Below, one piece after another: positions 31,260 through 44,536 of a DNA stretch of 64,000 nt. The notes under the pieces are model-generated. The model was given only the letters and a program-made list of their open reading frames with translations, was not told the origin of the DNA and searched no databases. The position numbers and the translations under genes were made by a program. This DNA comes from Chrysomallon squamiferum. Lineage: Eukaryota; Animalia; Mollusca. The stretch lies in contig CM022674.1 of NCBI GenBank assembly GCA_012295275.1, positions 8,060,001-8,124,000 on the forward strand. Direction: 5' to 3'. The stretch's first letter is position 1; every line of letters starts with the position of its first letter.

Positions 31260-34045
31260 CTAGTGTTGACCTGTGTCAGGATTGAAAAACCATTTCTTTG
31301 TCAGCTGATTTACTGGAGAAGCTAAAGTTTTAAAACCTTTTTTATGCTGAAATTCATCAACAATTTTTTTGTTTACCTGAAAACAAACAAACAGAAAAAG
31401 AATTAAATGCTTTTCAGAAATATTATTAATGAAACTAATCAAGTATTTGACAAATTTAACTTACTAAATTGAAAAACAATAATATTAGTGACTAACTTAC
31501 TAATTTGACAAACAATATTCATGACAAACTGACTAATTTGACAAACAACAACATTAGTGACAAATTGATAATCTGGCAAATTATTAATTAGTTACAAATG
31601 TATTGACCAGTTTTTTAATAATTAAACAAAATATATCATTTGTCCTCCATTCTACAGGGAAATATTTTTTATTCATCTCTACAACTCTTTTATCAAAGGT
31701 TTTCCTATATATTCTCCCATCTTGAATATATAAAGATTCCTTGACATTAATTTAAATAGAATCACCATTTACATTTTCATCACGTTTTCTCTCTCATTAT
31801 GATTTTAATGATATACACAGTACCTTGTATTCCTAGCTTAAGATTATATTAAACTAAAAAGATGACTAAAAGTAATGATTACCATGGTTAACATGTCAGC
31901 TAGATGTTCCTGATGCCATTTCTGTGAGAAAACATCAAACAGGGCATTGATGAAAACACTTCCATCTTTTTCATTTCTGTAAGAAACATATCCTGTAACA
32001 CAGAAAACAAGTCAAATGTTAAGTTGTAAATAAAATAAATGTAAGGTGAAACTGTTATGTGTCACTAATACTGTTTGATAAGTCAATCAAAACAACAAAA
32101 TAACGGCTTTGAATTTCAAAACTTTTTTATGAAGTTATTTATCCATGCATACACAAAAATACTTTAAATAACAAAATGTATATGAAAAGGTAAATGGTAT
32201 TGTAGTGTACTGTTGTTATTTACCTTGTGTTGTAGCATGTGCAAAAATCATGTCACTTTGGTCTGGGCGAGAGGTGATGTTTAACAGCTCCTCACAATTT
32301 TCCTGTGCAACATCTCTTACAAGGCTGTTATTTTGTGAAGTAGAAGATAAGGCCGCATCCTCAGTAACTGCAATTACATCATTAAATTATACACACTATA
32401 TTCTTCTTTTAACAGCAGTCTTGTATTGATTGATATTCTGAACCTATACAACAGCTACCTCAATATACTGTATTCCGAAATCTTAAAATTATTATTATTA
32501 TTACCGTTACTATTACTACTACTGTTACTGTTATTATCACTATTACAAATACTATTACAATTATCATAATCATAATGATTATTTTTATTATCATAATCAT
32601 CATTATCATCATTATTTTTATTTTATTTATCATTATAATTTTATTATTTGTTTTAATTTTAAAATCTAGAAACATTTTATCTTATTAATATTAATATTAC
32701 TACTACTATTACTGTTATTATTAATATTACAATGATTATTACTACTATTATCATCATCATCATCATCATTATTATTATTGTTATTATTATTTTTTTTTTT
32801 TTACTATTATAATTTTATTTTAATTTTTAAATTTTGAAACAACATTTACATACCTCCACGACAAGCTTGTATAATAAAGAGTTTTGGTTTGCCCTCTAGT
32901 TCTGGACACATCCTGTTACCAAACCAACTTTTGACGCTGTCCACTGTGATGTAGTTGTAAGGTACATTCTCAGACACATATCCATCAGTGCCAAAAATTT
33001 TGTCACCATGGTCACCATGTGAAAGAATGATCACTACCAAAGAATCAACAATTTTGTTGTCTGGGTGCTTAGAAAACTTTTTAAGTCGTATTTCCATTTC
33101 CTGTGAGAAATAACATAAATGATTCATACAGAAAGAAAACAAAAGAATAATTTCACTATTATTATTTATTTTTAAATTTACATTTGTACAAGGAAAACAA
33201 CCTGTACTGATTTTGAAATGGTGCACTGAAAATAACTAGTAACTGGTTAAATTCATAAAACATAGTAAACATCTGAAATTATTTTTGCTTTCTAAATAAA
33301 TAAGAGTCCATAGACATATAATGTAAATGGTATATGAACTTTTTAAAATCCCACTTAATAAAAGTGAGAATATCTGTTAATATATGTAATAATTTTGAAT
33401 TCTAATAATAAAAAGGAACTTTCATACTATGCAACCAAAATGTTTCCTTTTATAAAATACATACATATACATATTTTCTTAAATTCAGACAAATAATTAT
33501 ATAGTTCTGCAGGAAATCAATATTTGTAACTAACCTTAATAAAACAAAACAACACAACACACACAAAATTAAGAACAATACCTTTGCTTTCAGATCTTTG
33601 TGAGAAATTACAGAATAGCCGAACATAGAAAAGAGTTTTAACAACTTTTGACAATCAACATCAGTGCCATTACGTTTATCAAGGCTGTCAAAGTTATCAT
33701 TGTTTACAATGTATACAAAACCCCTTGGTTTAGACTCCATTCTATAAGCATCCTGAAAAAGAAAGGTATTTTAAAAGAAAGGTACATTTTGATATTTACG
33801 ATGTATTTGAAGTGCTTTTCATGCTTTATTGTCATATACTGTTAATATTTACTAATATTATAGATTAAATATATATATGTATATAAAATAATAATACAAA
33901 ATTTATCAGTAATTTATAAAACGGTCATGTACTCACATTTCTCAAAGCACGTCGTTCATAGAATACAGAACTAACTGCAAATAAGAATGATGCATACAAA
34001 AATATTCCTCTTTATTTTAAAGTGCAAATTCATTTAAAAAGGAAG

Positions 34046-34088
<43 letters not shown>

Positions 34089-35646
34089 GACACACACAAT
34101 CATACAAAAACACACACACACACACACAGACACACACACACACACACACATATATTCATATATTATTCTGTATTATGTTAACATAGATACAAACTTGAAG
34201 CAAAGTTTTTCAAAAGAAAATGTCTTCTGAATAGATATAATAAACATGAAAATAAATTAAAACAATAATAATTTAAATAAAGAAAGAAAGTAAGAAAGAA
34301 AGAAGAAAAGAAATGAATAAAAGTAATAAGGAAAAAAGAAGGAACAACAAAGAAAACCTGTATTTAGTAAGTGAATCACACCTGAAATACTTGTTGGATG
34401 ACTTTCTTGTACCGGGGACATTCCTTCACGTTGATCACACTCCATTACATGTGTGTCTTCATGATCTAAAAAAAATCAAAGAAAAACGACATCATCTGAA
34501 TAAAAGTATCAAACTTGAAATTACACGTATTAATCAGAAATTAAATAAATAAATAAATAAATAAATGTATTAAAATGTAAAAATAAATAAGTTAGTAAAT
34601 AAATAAATAAATAAATAAGATAGTAAATAAATAAATAAAATAAAATAAAGAAATACAGAAATATACAAATTAATAAATAAATAAATCTGAAATAAATTAA
34701 TAACTAACTAACTAAATAAATCAATAAATAAATACTGAAATAAATTAATAACTATCTAACTAAGTAAATAAATCAGAAAATCGATAAATAAAGTAAAATA
34801 AGGAGAAAATAAAGAAAAACAAAAGCTGAACAATTGTATCTTACCTGTATTAAATGTGTTATTACCTGGGTCACTTTCTTGTACTGGAGCAGGAATCCCT
34901 TCTTGTCGTTCATCATGACCAGATGACCTCTCTTGTCTCACTTTATATTCATGTTTCCTGATTTCATCAGCACAGTGTTGTTGACCAGTATCAATCAAAC
35001 AAGATATAAAATCTTCATATGCCTCTTTTGGTCGTCTGTTCAGGTCAGAAAGTAACATCCGAATTTGTTGAGTTCTTGTTTTGCAGACCTTGTAAAGTTA
35101 AATTTCTTAATTATTTCAAATTATTTGTCATCAAACATTATGACAATGTTATGCAGATTCACATGAATATATCAGCCTCCATGCAACCAAACAAGACTGT
35201 TATTTTACTTGTCATACTTTAAGTTACAAATAAAGCTATAACATGAAACCATAAACAAGTACATGTAACATAGCACCTCAGTAAATTTCTAAAACATATT
35301 TCTATCATAAAAACAAACGAAATAAGAATAACAAACCCCCCCCCAAAAAAATAATAAATTGTAAAAAAAGAAAGAAAGGAAAAAGAAAAAGATAAAAATG
35401 AAGAAAATAAAATTGTAAATAACTAATAAGAAAGAAATAAAGAAACGAAATAAATTAAAAAAGCAGATGTGCAAACATATTTTAAGTCGTGTTTGATGAA
35501 GAGAGAAATAATACCATCATAGGCTCCAACATCATTTCTGTAAATATTCCTTTAACTAGAAGTACATCCCAAAGAGTATCTGGTATGATTTTCTGCACAA
35601 GAAATAGTCTAGATCGTAGAAGAGCCTCTTTCTGAATGTCATCCAT
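31260..35646 (-). CDS. Caspase paralog D: intact CARD-containing initiator caspase (caspase-2/9-like), ~428 aa
   Basis: Nine in-phase exons 35646-35515, 35088-34845, 34465-34382, 33974-33937, 33752-33582, 33100-32854, 32367-32224, 31992-31883, 31376-31260, totalling 1287 nt. Motifs: YRMESKPRGFVYIVNN, KRNGTDVD, ILSHG, GKPKLFIIQACRG, PDQSDMIFAHATTQG, VSYRN..GSVFI, LTKKWFFNP. Confidence 0.93.
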
Positions 35647-38600
35647 CATGATCATTGATCATGAAACAACAAATAATAATTGAAATATCGCATCCACCAC
35701 TAATTTACCAATCATCCATAATTATTACCATCACATTATTTTCACTGGTTTAATGTATATAACAGTAGGTGAGGTTAATTCCAGTTGTCTGAAAATGATT
35801 TAGAAAATAATTAGAGTTAAATAACTACTTAACAAATTAGTCAAATAGGAAGTCGAAACTTGGGCTTCCCCAGATAAAAATAGCTCTGTTTAGAGTTGTC
35901 TCCTCAGAGTTTTGGAACCTATTTGGTCGTAATTGCGTCAGTACCCGGTGGGGAACAGTATTAGATATAACAGATGCAATTTAGGAGATACTTATTCTAA
36001 TTTCATTTTTGGTTGCTGTTTAAAAATGTGAGGATCATTCTAAAGATGTACAAACTGTAAGGAGAAACCAGCAACAAGACAACAAAGGACACTGATTTTT
36101 AAGTTAACTTTTATCACGACAGCAAACAAGTATCATGACGCTGATACCTTCATATACTTATTTCTCGATATTTAATGTACTGTATTTTAATACTATTATG
36201 GAATGTAATTTCTGAAGAAAAAAAAAAAATCTAGAAAGATATTATAATATAGTACAACATGTGTGTGTCTGTGTGTTAAAAATTATCCATTGTTTTAATT
36301 TCATGTTCAGGTTTCAATATTAATTTTATTGAGATGCTTCTAAATAAGTTTGCGACAATTATATTTTTATTTTCATTTTGATGTAGAATTTAGCAATAAA
36401 TATATTTTTTTTAAGTGGAATCAGTTATAACTTGTTTTATTAAAATGCTGTTTTCTTTTATACAACAAAAACATGGTGAGGAAACGTAAAAACAGTGAAA
36501 GAGTGAACTGGTTGTCTCTCGTGTTGATCAGTTCAGCCACACTCTAACAGTAAATCACTTTATTTATTCCTTGTTTCTGTATTCATTTACGTGTGTGGAT
36601 GTGCGTGCGTGTCTGGGAAATCTAAGGTAAAGTTAAATATTCGTTGGGTTTCACTTTAAGTTACATTATTAAGAAAAAATAAAATTATAAATAAACAAAT
36701 AAAAAGATTTTTGAGGCAGAGTTGCTTAGCAACAAAATGCTGTAATGTTGTTGCGCAAGTTACAGCATAGTTCATACTTCAAAATTATCTGTAGGCAATG
36801 TTGTGAAACAACATACTATCATAGTGGGGAAAAACGCCTCGTTTGGACCTGCCATAAGCAGATTAAAATAAAATATATTTAACTATAGCAACGTCAGTTA
36901 TAAAGCCAAAGTCGTCAAGTTACAATCCATCCAATCTAACAACAGACATATAATTAAATAAAATACCTAAATACATTAATACATAATGATATGAACCGGC
37001 TTCAATTAATGGGTATGCGCCGATTTAGGACTGCTTTAGACAAAAGATGTCTTATCCCAAGTAAATTGATTACGGCAATAATCTTGTCAACAATTAAAAT
37101 ACCTAAATACATTAATACGTAACGATATGAGCCGAGTGCTATAAAATAACGCATAAAATAACTATAAAATAACAGACCAGTGTCTCGTCTGCGACAGACA
37201 CGCCCGCTGACCTGTCAGAAAGTGTGCCCGTCGCAGACGTGCTTCACAACAGCTTGCTCTGATTAGCACGTTAATTTTTTTCATTCATTCATTCAGTGTC
37301 CAGTTACAACGCACTTGGCTGACCAGCAATAAACACTTTGGAACTCGGCTCATCTCTCTTTCATTTTTATATTTAGACTGGACCCCATTGCTCCCAGACT
37401 GCATTCCCCAAAGTAATTCTACAGCAAATAGTAACAGCAAAATAACAACCAAGGACAAATTGAACACGGTTATAATATCATCCATCAATAAATAAATCCT
37501 GTGTAAAAATGTTTTAAAAAACCAACAAACACAAGTTATTTATATTTCTTGTATTTTCTTTCACTCTAGAGCTATTTCACTCAAACCTAACAGTGACAGG
37601 TAACATACTACAGCATGTCAAAGAAAACATGAAGTTCAGCATTCATTTTATTAATTTTTTTTGTGCCAATATTGTATTAATAAACTGTTCACAAAAAATA
37701 CAGGAAGAAAAAAGAGCCTTTTTTTTCTGATCACTTGTTCATAAAATCTGCTTCGTTTATATGCTAGACAAAAACAAATGAACGACTGAATAAAATGTTG
37801 TATTAATAATAGACATTTACTCAAGATCATTACATTTATTAGCTGTCACAACAGATAAACATCATGTTCTTTCAGTACTCACACATTTGACACTGGATGA
37901 ACAGACAAATATAGATGTATCTGTTTGCATAATAACACTGGCCTAAATATAAATTGAAAATTTCAGTAATTTTTTGGAAACTGAAAACCAAACTTTGTTA
38001 ATTATTCAGTTTATACATTTGCATGTTACATTTTTGTTTTGTATCTAATAGCCAATCTTTGCTAATAATAATATTGACAGTTTGTATTTCCATATTACCT
38101 TTTTTTGCTAATAATAATATTCGTAGTCTGAATATTTCCATGAAAGAGTAATTTAAAAACACATTCCTTCACATCGGACTAACAGTTTGAATATTCATAC
38201 TTTCATCTTTGGGTAAAATTTCAAACTTTTTCTTTATTCAAAACTAATAATTTTTTTTATTGATATTACTTACTGTATATGGTTTTAAAGAATAACAAAT
38301 ACACACCTATAAATATACATGGATTGCAAACGTTACAAAAACTGCTCAGATATATAGCAATATAACAATCCCATTCTGTAACCGATTACATAACACACAT
38401 TCTATGAAAACATACAATAACACACTCATATATAAATAGAACACTAACTGAAAAATGATAAAATCTAGTAAATTCACAATCTTTTCAACATTCATAGGAT
38501 ATACATGTTTTAAAAAAACCTAATATTTATATACGTTAACAGAAGCTAAATAAAATACAGACCCCAAAATAACCAGAACAATAAAATTCTTAAATGTCTT

Positions 38601-41600
38601 AGAAACAAACAAAATTCTAAATGCAATTTTAAATGTCTTGACACAAAATTCTAAATACAATTTTAAATGTCTTAGAACAATAAAACTCTTATTAAAAAAA
38701 AAAAAAAAATTACAAACAGAACAAGATAATTCTAAATATAAATTTAACAGTGATAGAAACTGAACAATAAAATTCTAAATACAAAATATTTGTTCTTTGA
38801 AATTAAGTAATAAAATTCTAAACGTGGATTCTAAATGTCTAAACAATAAAATTTTAAACAATTATATATAAATATATTAACATGTCATAAACAGAACAGT
38901 AAAATCCTAAAGAAAAGCTGTAACTCTCCTAGAGGCAGAAGAATGATGTAATCATGAATTTTAATTGTTAGTAATTCTCAGTATTATGTCTAATATGCAG
39001 ATCCCGTTTATTCCATAAAACTGTTTAACAAAAACACTTTCTGTTTTTAATATTCATACATTTGCAAGTATGATAGTATAACCCATCAGTTGACTTTTTA
39101 AAGATGGGTATAAAAGAATTTAACTAGAGAAATTCAGTTAGTAGTGAATTATTGCAGAAAATTTAATTTCAAACAACAACCAATATTAAACATTTTTTTA
39201 TTTTAAATTTTCGGGTTGTTTTTTTTTCTGGAAGAAAAAATATATAAAATGTAAGATTGTAATATATTATTAAAAAGATATTATGAATTAAATATCGAAA
39301 CACATATTAACATGTAAAATTTGAAGCTTGGACAAATGAAAATACATGATTTGTTTACAAAGGCGCTAACATATATTTTAAATATGTTTTTTTAAAAGCA
39401 ATTATGGTGTATAAATAAAACATATTGTGAAAGTCTTCAGTTGTTGACAAGATTCAAAGAGACAAAATAAAATACATTTGTGAAAATATATGAATTGGAA
39501 GTTCGAAAATGGAAACAAAAGGAAAACATTCAAATATTGTTGCATAAAACAAAAAATAAAATCAGATAATTCTGAACTAGGAATGTTATTCTGTACGTGC
39601 ATACAGACATACACAGCGTTTGAAGATACAAAGCAGAGAGAATTTTGTTTCAGGGTGATATGTTCATTACAGCTAAAACTGCTTCAAAACCAGAGTTTAG
39701 TGGGTTTGTGCCAGTTATCTGTATGAAGTGTATGCCTTTGTATGAATAAACTTGTAAATGTTCACACTTTCTCCCACAAAAACACTTATCCACCAGAACA
39801 TACATGTGAACACACATAAGGTAAAAATGTCCCCCAACCTGCATTCATCAGCCACATTTGATCACTTACACAGGCTTATTTAACCACCAACACACACAAT
39901 CTACTACTATATTCACTGAACAGCACTGATGTGCTAAACCCCATTTTCATCCATCAACACACACAAACCACTGTCATTCAGACATCAAATTCTATTATTA
40001 TCCACCTACATGCACACCTAATCTTAAACCCACCCAGCAGAATTCATATATGAAATCTACTTTCATACACCAGTGATATATCACCCCTGTTTCCATGTGC
40101 TATAATATATCCCAAACCAATAAAGACACACATACATATACCAAACTCTCCTCTGATCCACCAACCAGTTTTTATTCCTGAACACTAACATGAAAACAAC
40201 AACCCTGCATTTAAACATGCGTGTAGAAAGAGGTGTCTATCAAAGCAGTGCAAATTAAAAGTTGCAATAAACCGATCATGTTGAGGTTTAGACGATTAAG
40301 AGAAAGCATTGAGAAAACAGAAAAAAAAAAATTATCACTAACCAGGTGTTTAAAACAGAATTATTTGCAAGCTAATCCTTGAGGTAGTACGAAACAATTT
40401 AAAAAGGGATTAAGCAAATTCACACCTCTCTCTATATGAATATGATAATAATGGTAGTGTGTGTGTCTGTCTGCCTGGGTTTTGTTCAAATATGAATTTA
40501 GATATACATGTATACATGTCTATTATGTATATATATATATATATAAAACACACATTCACACACACCCATATATCTGTAGATACAACTGTTTTGAGTGTAC
40601 ATCTGCGTCACACATGCCTGTTTCACAAATGTTGGTTTTCTGTTTATTTCTGCTGCAAGTTATTAGGTTCACAATTAGCTTCATGATACCTGGAGTGAGA
40701 TCAGGTCAGCAGAAATTATAAAAAAAACTTAAAGGCCTGTATGCAAAAATATGCATGTGGAAGGCATCAACTGAATGTCAGTGTATACACATGAAGGTAA
40801 GACAGCTGCATGCATGTAACTAAGTGCTTGTGAGAGACTTGTAACATTCAAACAGCCTAAGGATCAGTTTCTTCTGTCAGACTTCCAACTGAATCAGGTA
40901 AATGAAGCGACATTGAATGTATGGAAGACAATACATAGGAATGTTGTTTAACATGTATTGTACAAACTCCTCTTTTCTTGTTTGTTCACCACAGGTTTCT
41001 GATTATACATATTGCTCACACACTGATGGTATGTTGATGGATCATTTCTGATATGCTTCCATCAAAATGGTCTTAATGCATGTTTGTTATTGGCTATATT
41101 TCTGGATCTCTGACCACACAACTCTTCACTGAGTAAACTGTATGTAATGTGATGGGATTTCTTTCCCCAAAATTAAAAAATATTATGATCTTGAAATTGT
41201 TTGTGGACACAAGCAAATCACTGAAGACACTTAAAAATGTTCTCTGTTTTCATGTCTATGCACTGATACACTCTGAAAGCTAAAACTGATCATGCACCTA
41301 GTGAGGACACAAACCATGATTTCTCACCACAAGAAAACTATGACTTCAAAAAATGCTTTCTTTTATCTCTATCTGGAAAAGCATTTTGTATATTAAAATT
41401 ATTCATACACATCTATTAAAGCAAGACATGTGACTTAAAGAGTTCTGCCCAGTGAAAATGTCCATTTATTTAGTTTTATTTATTCTTAAATGTTCAGCTA
41501 ATCAGAGAAAGCAGGAATACAGCATAAAATTTTCAAATAGTATGGAACATATATTTTATAATATTTTGTAGTATTTTGTTTGTGTGTATGCATGGGTGCC

Positions 41601-42243
41601 TGCAGATATGTGTGCATTAAAATTCAAGTAAACAATTTTTGTTTTTCTCTTTTTTGGGTAGTAACACATACATAATAATATATATATTTGAATAAATATT
41701 GAATAATTTCAATATACCCATGTATCAGTATATAAAAAAATGTGTGTCATATTCCAAGGTATTTCATCACTGACTGTCACTGTATAACAAGTTCAAATAA
41801 CATCTGGACAGCTAATTTCAAGCCATCATGCTCAGGAATATTGCAAAGCAATTAAAAACCTGTCCACCTTCACTGACCCGCTCATAACTCATTACAAAGA
41901 TTTAACATGATGACACCTATTACCATGGCAACCACTTAATTCCTTTTGTATACAAAAATGTTTCAGTAAAGGGCAAATATAATGGATGTAGTTGTGTTGA
42001 TGCACATCAAAGTGACATGCTGACATTTACAAAACCCCACCTCCTAGCAGATGTTCAGTTTGTTGTGTTTAAAAAAAAAAGAAGTAATAAGTTGACTGAG
42101 TTTGTGGTCAGTCTGATTGTTGCTATGTTGTTGTACAAAGTGTTTAATACATACTGGTATAAAATATTGAACAATGAAATATCACATTGTGTTACTGACA
42201 GAATGTCCAAAACTGTGTCTGTCTGTATGTCACTGTGGGTATT

Positions 42244-42286
<43 letters not shown>

Positions 42287-42664
42287 AAAAGCCTATCTGT
42301 ATTCATGTAAGATGTGATTCTGTGATTTGTATGTCTCTTGTTTGTGTAGATGTATTTTTCACTAACTCAGTTTCACTTAAATACCTTCAACCCTCAATTA
42401 GCCTCATTTGAAAATAATATACTTCTTAGATATTGCACAGAATGTTTTACAAATTATGCCAAATAATAATATAATGTTATGTATATTTTATGTACAAAAT
42501 ATGTATTTACAATGAAAATGTTTCCAAAACTAAACAGATCATTTAAAAAATAATGGTCCACCTAAATATGTTCATGAAAATACTTCTCTGTCAAATATGG
42601 CTAAAGCATGATAAGTATTCATCACATTAGCAAAATAAATTATAAAACTAAAATAAACTGTTAA

Positions 42665-44134
42665 CTAGAGCTCTTGCAAAGCTTTGTCAAATTGGTCTTC
42701 ATCTATGGATATGCTAAAAGTAATCCCCAAAACCCCAGTTTCTCAGCAGTCCCTCCTGATAGTAGCAGAAGTTCCATCTTCTTCTGCAGATTTCCATTTT
42801 TGTAATGTTCTCGTATCCTAGCAACATGTTCCTTGGTCATGCAGATGTTGAAGATGGAAATGTTTTTGTTGTCACTGAAGATCTGAAGAATTAGAGTTCC
42901 TCGCTCTTGTTCAAAATACTTCACCACTTCGTTCTTTAAATGGTCGTCAAACAGTTTGTAAAATTCCGTAGCTTTTTCTTCATACTTCTTACCAGTGGAT
43001 TTCCACTTTTCTACCAAGGAATTTGAACCATTTACTGAATGTTTGGAACCAAGTATCTGTGAGTATCTTTTCAGTTCCACCAACTCTAAATTTCCATTGT
43101 ATCTCATGATAACAGGGTCAGTGTTTTCTTTGTTTTCTCCATCTGTCTTCATCCCACCTGGGTGTTCGTTTCTGTAATTTTTAAACCGTACAACTGAAAC
43201 ATCATTACAAGGATTATCTCCACTGTTTCTGGAGTTGTCTGTATTTCCATTCATTTCTGAGTCTTGTCTGATATGTCTCTGATTTGTTTCTGGGTAGCAT
43301 TTCCTTCCTGAGCTTGGAGAATACATTTTATCCTTGCTTGATGACTTTGAAGTAACTTCAGATTTCGACTTGTTTTTGTGACTGTCATCTCGTTTTGCTG
43401 AGTACTGTTTTGCTTTGTTCTTTCTTCGAAATGGAAAACACATGCACCAACACGTCCTCTGTGGTTTAACATCTTCTTCGTCTATATCCTCCTCCTGTGA
43501 GTGAGAGTAACTTAAAACACGAATTGGCCGTCGTGAAGCTGTTTCTTCTGGTTCTATCATCAACATGTTATCATAGGACTTGTGTAGTCGTCGCGGAGTC
43601 ATCTTCACTTCAACAATTTCACGTTTTTTGACTCGTTCAATGGGCGAGCCCTCATCTCTGGGCAGCAGAATTTTTATAGCTGCCACTTTAATCTGCACCA
43701 CCACCTGCCCTAAAAACATACACACAAAATAAAATTAATGCAAAAACACTTGATAATTTCATTGCCTCCATCTCATACTGTTGCTTGTTATGGATAAACA
43801 TGATGTGGTAATGCTTTGAATATTCTGCATACATTTTATCATGATGGGTAGTATATAACTTAAACTGTAAGTAAAATATTTGTTAACTGCTGTTTAATAA
43901 GAAATATCAGAAATACTATAATCTTAAAGTTTAATAAAATAATAAAATTAGTTTACCTTTGTGTCTTCTCTTCTCCCAATAACCTAAAATTAAAAAAAAT
44001 TGTTTTTTTAGTTAGTGTATAAGTAATTTACTCAGAAAATCAATAAGTATTAACCAATCTTCAATAATAATAATCATTAGATAACACCAACTCCAATGAC
44101 AACAATAATATCAAACAATAACAACAATATGTGT

Positions 44135-44168
<34 letters not shown>

Positions 44169-44536
44169 TTGCATTGTATGTATGTTATGTATAAGGGTAG
44201 TTTTGTTCATATATCATGAAAATTGTGTGTGTGTGCATGTTCTTTCTTACCTGTTCCATATATAGGTTTTATTCGCTGGGAGACATCGAGAGAACTTGCA
44301 AGATGAAGCTGTCCTGACTGTCGCAGGGCGTTGATGAACAGCGCCACGGCATTGTGACCGCCATCCTCCACGTACTTGAGCAGCGTCGTGTTGCGCTGCA
44401 GCTGTGACTTCTCCTGACAGATGTCAGTGACAACATCGCTGGTGAGGACGCCATGCTGGAGAAGGTAGTCGAAGATAAGTTCAATGTCAAGGCTCTCTAT
44501 AAGATCTTGATGGTTTGCTAACTGCTCTGTTAGCAT
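42665..44536 (-). CDS. CARD-domain protein with a disordered middle region and a probable TRADD-N-like C-terminal domain
   Basis: CARD exon 44536(ATG)-44251 (MLTEQLANHQDLIESLDIELIFDYLLQHGVLTSDVVTDICQEKSQLQRNTTLLKYVEDGGHNAVALFINALRQSGQLHLASSL), 27-nt microexon 43983-43957 (GYWEKRRHK), and last exon from 43709; all phase-1 GT-AG junctions. As assembled the frame stops at 42703. One extra G at 42733-42736 would extend it to a stop at 42665. Confidence 0.8.

Noticed and set aside
36955-37135. ~40-bp direct repeat (AAAATACCTAAATACATTAATAC...GATATGA) about 135 nt apart
   Set aside because: Only two copies with no TIR, TSD or coding content; most likely a small local duplication.
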